From contig JAPLJX010000426.1 of assembly GCA_026388375.1 (NCBI GenBank), positions 1-38,864 on the forward strand: a stretch of 38,864 bases of DNA. The letters are read 5' to 3'. Of this stretch, positions 34,201-38,864 are shown piece by piece. Below the pieces are notes generated by a model. It had not been told where the DNA came from and ran no database searches. It saw nothing but the letters and a program-made list of their open reading frames with translations. Within the stretch, counting starts at the first letter, position 1, and the number at the start of each line of letters is the position of its first letter. This stretch comes from Deltaproteobacteria bacterium (GTDB lineage Bacteria > Desulfobacterota > Syntrophia > Syntrophales > UBA5619). A program made the translations under genes and the position numbers.

Positions 34201-35322
34201 TCAGGCGATACGGACATCTCGATGGTCTTGGTCGGGAAGAGGCGCTTCTTCCGCCTGGGTACAGGGAAGGATAATCCGGAAGGTTGCCCCTCCCGCCGGA
34301 TTCTTCTCGGCAGAGATCGTTCCGCCATGCATCTCGATGAATTGTTTGCTGATGGCTAACCCCAAACCGGTACCTTTATTTTTGGTTGTAAAAAATGGCT
34401 GAAATATCTTTTCACTTATTTCGTCATTGATCCCCATGCCCGTATCGGCGATCTCTATGTGGATCTCCTTGGCCGCTGCATTTTCGAAAGTCGTGGCCGT
34501 TACGGTTCCACCGGAAGGCATGGCTTGCACGGCATTCATAAGAAGATTCAAAAATACCTGCTGCATTTCCAGCGGATCGACCATGGTCATGGGAAGATGG
34601 GGATCAAAGTGCTTCACGATCCGGATGGCTTTTGGCGAATCCGGCGCCGAAGAGGAGTATGGTATTGAGGCGTTAATGGTTGCTTCCAGGACATCATTGA
34701 TGTTCACCGGCAGAAGCTGCGGTTTGGGCGGCTTGGCAAAATTGAGCAGACTCTTCATCAGCGATTCGACCCTTTGGACCTCGTCAATGGCCTGGGAGAG
34801 AATCGCACGTTCTTCTTCCGAGATGTCAGCCTCTTCCTGGAAAACCTGCATGGCGCCTTTGATCCCGGCAAGAGGATTTTTTATCTCATGAACCAGGCCG
34901 GCAGCCATTTCCCCCACCATGGTCATCTGTTCGGCACGCTGCATGTTGTGCATCTGTTCATGGAGGGCTGCCGCCATCTCATTAAAGGCAGCAGCCATTT
35001 CCCCGAATTCATCTGTTAACCCTTGAACACGAAAGCTCAAATCTCCGCTCTTTAATTTTCTCGTTGCCTGCAACAAGACGGAGAGCGGCCTTGCTAATCC
35101 TTGTGTACAAACGATGGCCATGCCGATGGCAACGATTGGTCCAAGGACAATGAGAATGAAGATCAGGGTCTTCATATTACTGATTTTTACGAGGGTGGCC
35201 TGAGTCCTTTTTTCCAGTCTGTCATGGGTCAGAGAGGTCATGTCATGGAGCAGATTGACCAGCTTGCTTCCCTCCGCCAAGACCTTATTAGCCTCTTCCT
35301 CCATGCGGGTCGCATTACTCAT
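34201..35322 (-). CDS. Sensor histidine kinase, TM2-HAMP-HisKA-HATPase portion
   Basis: TM segment TLIFILIVLGPIVAIGMAIV, HAMP (LSVLLQATRKLKSGDLSFRV...FNEMAAAL), H-box VHEIKNPLAGI, N-box LNLLMNAVQA, and G-boxes DTGMGI and GTGLGLAISK. Confidence 0.85.
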   Translation of the reverse strand: MSNATRMEEEANKVLAEGSKLVNLLHDMTSLTHDRLEKRTQATLVKISNMKTLIFILIVLGPIVAIGMAIVCTQGLARPLSVLLQATRKLKSGDLSFRVQGLTDEFGEMAAAFNEMAAALHEQMHNMQRAEQMTMVGEMAAGLVHEIKNPLAGIKGAMQVFQEEADISEEERAILSQAIDEVQRVESLMKSLLNFAKPPKPQLLPVNINDVLEATINASIPYSSSAPDSPKAIRIVKHFDPHLPMTMVDPLEMQQVFLNLLMNAVQAMPSGGTVTATTFENAAAKEIHIEIADTGMGINDEISEKIFQPFFTTKNKGTGLGLAISKQFIEMHGGTISAEKNPAGGATFRIILPCTQAEEAPLPDQDHRDVRIA

Positions 35323-35656
35323 AGGTGTAAATCTGCCCCTTCAAGTCGTTAAGCTCTCGGGTAATAGCCGCAGTGTGATGGCACTCAAGACATTTATTTG
35401 CCTGATTTTCCATCTGGGCCATATTTTCTACCAATGAATCCAGCGCCTCCTCAGAACGGGTATGCCTTAATGCGAGGCCGGACTGGATCTTCCTTGCATT
35501 CATCAGTAATTGTTCTCTCAGAATTTCAACCCGATGGAGCTCAATGAGACTATTCAGAGTAGAGGTGGTTTTTTCTATCGTAATGATCAGATAGATTCCG
35601 CCCAGGACGAAAACCGAGGTGAAGATAGCAAGACCTAAAACAAATCTTTTCTTCAT
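35315..35656 (-). CDS. Membrane-anchored sensor segment with CxxCH motif (apparent N-terminal part of the downstream kinase)
   Basis: The 113 aa product has TM1 (FVLGLAIFTSVFVLGGIYLIITI), then a helical domain containing CLECH (35378-35392). Its stop overlaps the next ORF's ATG within ATGAGTAA. Its ATG overlaps the PhnD-like stop (TAATG). Confidence 0.6.
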   Translation of the reverse strand: MKKRFVLGLAIFTSVFVLGGIYLIITIEKTTSTLNSLIELHRVEILREQLLMNARKIQSGLALRHTRSEEALDSLVENMAQMENQANKCLECHHTAAITRELNDLKGQIYTYE

Positions 35657-36564
35657 TAATGGTTCACATAGTCATATCGGACGAGATTCAGACGGGCTTC
35701 ACTGGCGTAGCGTAGTACCGGCTCGTAGTCTTTATTCGTTGTCCGGACAAATCTTTGTGCCCCAAAAGTCATCAAGACCCTGGTTCCGACGGGGTCATGA
35801 TGCATATTCAGCAGCGTGTTCTGCAGGGAGATTTTCACGGACGCAGGCACGTTTGCACTCAATGCCAGACCATTTTCCGGCAGATTATGAGATATCGCCA
35901 GGATTTTCAATTTCTGGAGGATCATTGCATCTCCTCTGGCCATCCTGGCAAATACCGTGTTTTTAGCGGCGCCGATATCACTCTTCGCATCAAGGACATC
36001 ACGGACGGCATCTTCGTGAGTGCCCGCAAAATAGGTCTCTTTGAAATATGCCCGATAATCTTCCACTCCCTGCTGTTTGAAATATACCAGGGGAAAGAGG
36101 TAACCGGCGGTGCTTGCTTTGTCGACAAATACAAACCGCTTCCTCTTCATATCTGTTATACTCCTGATTCCGCTGTCCGTTCTGACGAAGATCAAACCGT
36201 TACAGGTACTCGTACCGTCCGGGGCCTCGGGTCTGGCCAGGACTTCCACGCCTATTTTATTGTGTGCCAGGACATAGGAAAAGCTACCCCAAAAGGCCCC
36301 GTCCATGCCGGCGGAAACAAAGTTGTCGATGATATTCCCATAGCGGATCAGGACTTTCAGTTTTATCTTCAGACCGGTCTTGCTGGAAAGATACTCGGCC
36401 AGGGGGGTGTAGCGTTCAAGCTGCCTGAAAACGTTCTGCTCGGGGACCAGCCCGATGACGAGCACTTCCTTATGGCTGCTATCTTCCGTCTGCTCACATC
36501 CTCCCAGGGTACAATGCGAGAGAATGATAAAGCAAAGGAAAAAAGCTATCAGAAACCGATTCAC
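35656..36564 (-). CDS. PhnD-like (phosphonate-binding family) periplasmic substrate-binding protein
   Basis: It has a signal/lipobox-like N-terminus (FFLCFIILSHCTLGGC), and LVIGLVPEQNVFRQLERYTPLAEYLSSKTG...GMDGAFWGSFSY is typical of the PF12974-type fold. The start is GTG, with GGAGAGGAAGGA upstream. Confidence 0.75.
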   Translation of the reverse strand: MNRFLIAFFLCFIILSHCTLGGCEQTEDSSHKEVLVIGLVPEQNVFRQLERYTPLAEYLSSKTGLKIKLKVLIRYGNIIDNFVSAGMDGAFWGSFSYVLAHNKIGVEVLARPEAPDGTSTCNGLIFVRTDSGIRSITDMKRKRFVFVDKASTAGYLFPLVYFKQQGVEDYRAYFKETYFAGTHEDAVRDVLDAKSDIGAAKNTVFARMARGDAMILQKLKILAISHNLPENGLALSANVPASVKISLQNTLLNMHHDPVGTRVLMTFGAQRFVRTTNKDYEPVLRYASEARLNLVRYDYVNH

Positions 36565-36755
36565 GACACATCCTTCCTCTCCGGTGACAGCTCAGATACT
36601 GCACGATGAGGTTCTTGTTCCGGGGGTTGATCACTTTGTCTCCCGCCGGATGGGTCGAGTGCTTCTGCCAGCCACGACCGGTACCGCACGACGACGAATG
36701 CCTGCTGGAACAGATAGGCATTATCCTTGATGAGACTTTGCTTTTTCGTTGGCGG

Positions 36756-36784
36756 AGTATAGGGAAAAGGGATCCGTGTGTCAA
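36756..36784 (-). promoter_or_regulatory. Strong sigma70-type promoter reading toward the phnD-like/kinase operon
   Basis: On the minus strand: TTGACA (36784-36779), 17 nt spacer, TATACT (36761-36756). It predicts a 5' UTR of about 185 nt. Confidence 0.5.
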
Positions 36785-36909
36785 GAAAAACCGGCAGTCC
36801 GGCACTGTATCGACTAAGCTTACCAGATATGATATGTGTAAAGCAGCCGAAAAGGGCATGACGATAGCAGGGATCAACCCGATCAAAAAAACGGAGGCAA
36901 GAGCGGATT

Positions 36910-37362
36910 ATGGCAAAAGTAATAGCGGTAAATATCAGTACGGAGAAGGGCGTCAGGAAACATACAATCCCGTCGTGCCGGCTGGTTATTGATCACGGAA
37001 TCGAAGGGGATGCACACGCCGGCAAATGGCATAGGCAGATCAGCTTGCTGGCCCAGGAAAGCATTGATAAAATGCAGGCGACACTGACGGACATCCAGCT
37101 CAAGCCCGGCGATTTCGCCGAAAATATAACGACAACAGGCATCGCCGTTATGAAACTACCGATCGGCACGAAACTGAGAGTTGGAAACGAAGCAGAGCTT
37201 GAAGTGACGCAAATCGGCAAGGAATGCCATATGTCGTGCGAGATCCGCAGGCTCGTCGGCGACTGTGTTATGCCGCGCGAGGGGATCTTCGCGATCGTTA
37301 TCCGGGAAGGCAAGATCAGACCCGGGGATGCGATAGAAGTCATTGAGGAAAGACCTGGTTAA
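36910..37362 (+). CDS. MOSC domain protein
   Basis: The 150 aa product reads AVNISTEKGVRKHTIPSCRLVIDHGIEGDAHAG...RQISLLAQESI and ends ...CVMPREGIFA.V..G.I..GD, typical of stand-alone MOSC proteins. Confidence 0.8.
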   Translation: MAKVIAVNISTEKGVRKHTIPSCRLVIDHGIEGDAHAGKWHRQISLLAQESIDKMQATLTDIQLKPGDFAENITTTGIAVMKLPIGTKLRVGNEAELEVTQIGKECHMSCEIRRLVGDCVMPREGIFAIVIREGKIRPGDAIEVIEERPG

Positions 37363-38597
37363 AACCCCGGCGTCGGAGTCCGCTCCAGAGAGTCGTCGAG
37401 GAACTGGACGGTGACCATATCGCCCGCTCGGGCCACGGTGGCCTCTTCCGGCAGGACGATGAGGCCGTTGGCCCGGACCATTGATTTCAGGATGCCGGAA
37501 CCCTGCTCTCCCGTCGTGACGACCGCGTAACCCTCCCCCTCACGCCGGATCCGCGCCCGGATGAAATGCCTGATCCCCCTCTTCTTTACGATCTCCTCGC
37601 CGAGGCGCGCCCGGACACTCCTCCGGAACAGTTTTTCGTGCCCCAGCATCTTGAGGATCGCGGGGCGGATGAACAGTTCAAAGGAGACCATCGAGGAGAC
37701 GGGGTTTCCCGGCAGGCCGACCGTGGGGACATCTTCCAACGCCCCGAAGGCGAGCGGCCGCCCCGGCTTCATGGCGACTTGCCAGAATTGCATGGCGTTT
37801 CCCACCTCCTGCATGATCTCTTTGACCAGATCGTAGTCCCCAACAGAGACGCCGCCGGAGGAGACAATCAAATCGGCCCGCATGGCGGCCCTGAATTTCG
37901 CAACGAGGTCCTCCCTGTTGTCCCGGGCGATGCCGATCTGCAGAAGAACGGCGCCGCTCTCCCTGACCAGGGCGGCGAGCGAGTAGCTGTTGCTGCTGAT
38001 GATCTTCCATTCCGAGGGGGGCTCGTCGATGTCCACCAGCTCGTCGCCGGTGGCGACGACGGCGACCAGCGGCCGCTGGTGAACGAGGATGAAGGAACGC
38101 CCCAGGGAAGCCAGCATCCCCACCTCGGCGGGCCGGATGATCTCCCCCTTGGAGATCACCTTTTCCCCGTGGTGCACATCCTCTCCCGCGTGCCGGATGT
38201 CCTGATCCTTCTGCGCCTCGACGACGATCGCGACCCGGGGATCCTCCTTCCGGGTATCCTCCATCCGGATGACGGCGTCGGCGCCTTCCGGAATCGGCGC
38301 GCCGGTCATGATCCGGGCGGCTTCTCCCGGTCCGACCCGCTTGCGGGGAACGGCCCCGGCGGGGATATCCTCGACAACAGCGAGACGGACGGGCGATTCC
38401 ACGGACGCCCCGCGGGTATCCTCCGCGCGAAGGGCATAGCCGTCCATCGCCGAGTTGTCCTTCGGCGGGATCGCACGCCCGGCGTAAACATCCTCGCCGA
38501 TCACCCGGCCGAGGGCATCGAGGATGTTCACCTTCTCCAATCCCAGCGGGGAGATTGCGTCCAGTATCTTGTTCCGGGCCTCTTCAACGCTGATCAT
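37359..38597 (-). CDS. moeA: Molybdopterin molybdenumtransferase MoeA
   Basis: MISVEEARNKILD...PPKDNSAMDGYALRAED...MTGAPIPEGADAV and SGGVSVGDYD are canonical MoeA blocks. I prefer ATG 38597, which has an AGGGGAAGG SD, over the track's TTG at 38621. Confidence 0.9.
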   Translation of the reverse strand: MISVEEARNKILDAISPLGLEKVNILDALGRVIGEDVYAGRAIPPKDNSAMDGYALRAEDTRGASVESPVRLAVVEDIPAGAVPRKRVGPGEAARIMTGAPIPEGADAVIRMEDTRKEDPRVAIVVEAQKDQDIRHAGEDVHHGEKVISKGEIIRPAEVGMLASLGRSFILVHQRPLVAVVATGDELVDIDEPPSEWKIISSNSYSLAALVRESGAVLLQIGIARDNREDLVAKFRAAMRADLIVSSGGVSVGDYDLVKEIMQEVGNAMQFWQVAMKPGRPLAFGALEDVPTVGLPGNPVSSMVSFELFIRPAILKMLGHEKLFRRSVRARLGEEIVKKRGIRHFIRARIRREGEGYAVVTTGEQGSGILKSMVRANGLIVLPEEATVARAGDMVTVQFLDDSLERTPTPGF

Positions 38598-38736
38598 GAC
38601 CTTCCCCTGTGATCCTTTCAAGGATTGGAGTGGTGATTGTTCTCAAATTGAAATTGTTAGACATATCGCATTCCGGATGGTTGTAAACGTTGAATTTACA
38701 AGAGCGAAGATAACCGATCAGGGTAATGCTGTGCGG

Positions 38737-38864
38737 TTACAAGACGTTCACCAGCGTGATGTCAAAGGTCAGATCCTTTCCCGCCAAGGGGTGGTTTGCG
38801 TCGAAGGTAATCGTGGTGTCGAGAACCTCGGTCAGAATGACCGGTACGTAGCTTCCGTCTGTCA
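38737..38864 (-). CDS. FKBP-type peptidyl-prolyl isomerase (SlyD/FkpB-like), 3' end only
   Basis: The manual minus-strand translation is ...DGSYVPVILTEVLDTTITFDANHPLAGKDLTFDITLVNVL* (stop TAA = 38737-38739). FD.NHPLAGK.L.F is the FKBP C-terminal signature. The gene continues beyond the window. Confidence 0.7.
   Translation of the reverse strand, partial: TDGSYVPVILTEVLDTTITFDANHPLAGKDLTFDITLVNVL

Noticed and set aside
399-38612. Many long ORFs antisense to or overlapping the called genes. Examples: 399-1262(-), 2468-3760(-), 3922-5373(-), 6835-7818(-), 9577-10680(+), 14173-15534(-), 16252-18060(-), 21886-22746(-), 22771-24642(-), 26030-27217(-), 27335-28408(-), 29730-30671(-), 35755-36609(+), 37566-38612(+).
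   Set aside because: Their translations are R/P/G/H-rich with low complexity and no recognisable motifs. Each lies opposite a gene with clear family signatures. Long stop-free antisense frames are expected in GC-rich DNA.
38681-38701. Resemblance of the half-sites TTGTAAA/TTTACAA to the BirA biotin operator (TTGTAAACC...GGTTTACAA).
   Set aside because: The spacer is 7 nt rather than the ~15 nt of bio operators. The site is next to moeA, not the bioY operon, and no similar site was seen upstream of bioY (11720-11900).
1-38864. I looked for tRNA/rRNA genes, CRISPR arrays, transposases or integrases, and flanking direct repeats around the defence island.
   Set aside because: I saw no spaced identical repeats, no T-loop/acceptor-like patterns in intergenic regions, and no DDE or tyrosine/serine recombinase motifs in any ORF. 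Absence by eye is not proof, so tRNAscan-SE, Infernal and ISfinder searches should confirm it.

Overview
This 38.9 kb window is a GC-rich bacterial chromosomal segment. Its gene content (tungsten-type aldehyde:ferredoxin oxidoreductase, a giant multihaem cytochrome, a haem-motif sensor kinase, MoeA/MOSC) suggests an anaerobic, Desulfobacterota-like organism; that taxonomic guess is inference only.

Gene order:
- partial NlpC/P60 peptidase, then truA
- a same-strand redox cluster: AOR, SCP2, Fe-alcohol dehydrogenase, SCP2-like, and a 19-haem cytochrome c fused to a cytochrome-b-like membrane domain
- a minus-strand bioY-ecfA-ecfT-rnd operon
- an MFS transporter
- ilvBN, preceded by an Ile/Val-rich leader peptide and an intrinsic terminator (attenuator)
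- a roughly 9 kb defence island: type I R-M genes hsdM and hsdS, an AbiEi/AbiEii toxin-antitoxin pair, then hsdR
- a MacB/FtsX-type ABC exporter with a HlyD adaptor
- a class I/II aminotransferase
- a minus-strand block that looks lower in GC: an orphan GspE/MshE-like ATPase with tandem MshEN-type motifs, a decayed ABC ATPase remnant, and a PhnD-like binding protein followed by a sensor histidine kinase split into two ORFs, with a CxxCH motif in the sensor part
- MOSC, moeA and a partial FKBP-type isomerase

I recognised no rRNA, tRNA, CRISPR array, transposase or integrase.

The most interesting items are:
- the 19-haem c/b fusion cytochrome and its putative alcohol/aldehyde oxidation cluster
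- the recombination scar (duplicated hsdM 3' end plus a short stub ORF) inside the type I R-M locus, and the TA pair embedded in that locus
- the highly structured ADH/SCP2 intergenic region
- the haem-motif split kinase
- the orphan MshE-like ATPase

All homology calls come from reading motifs by eye. No database search was run.
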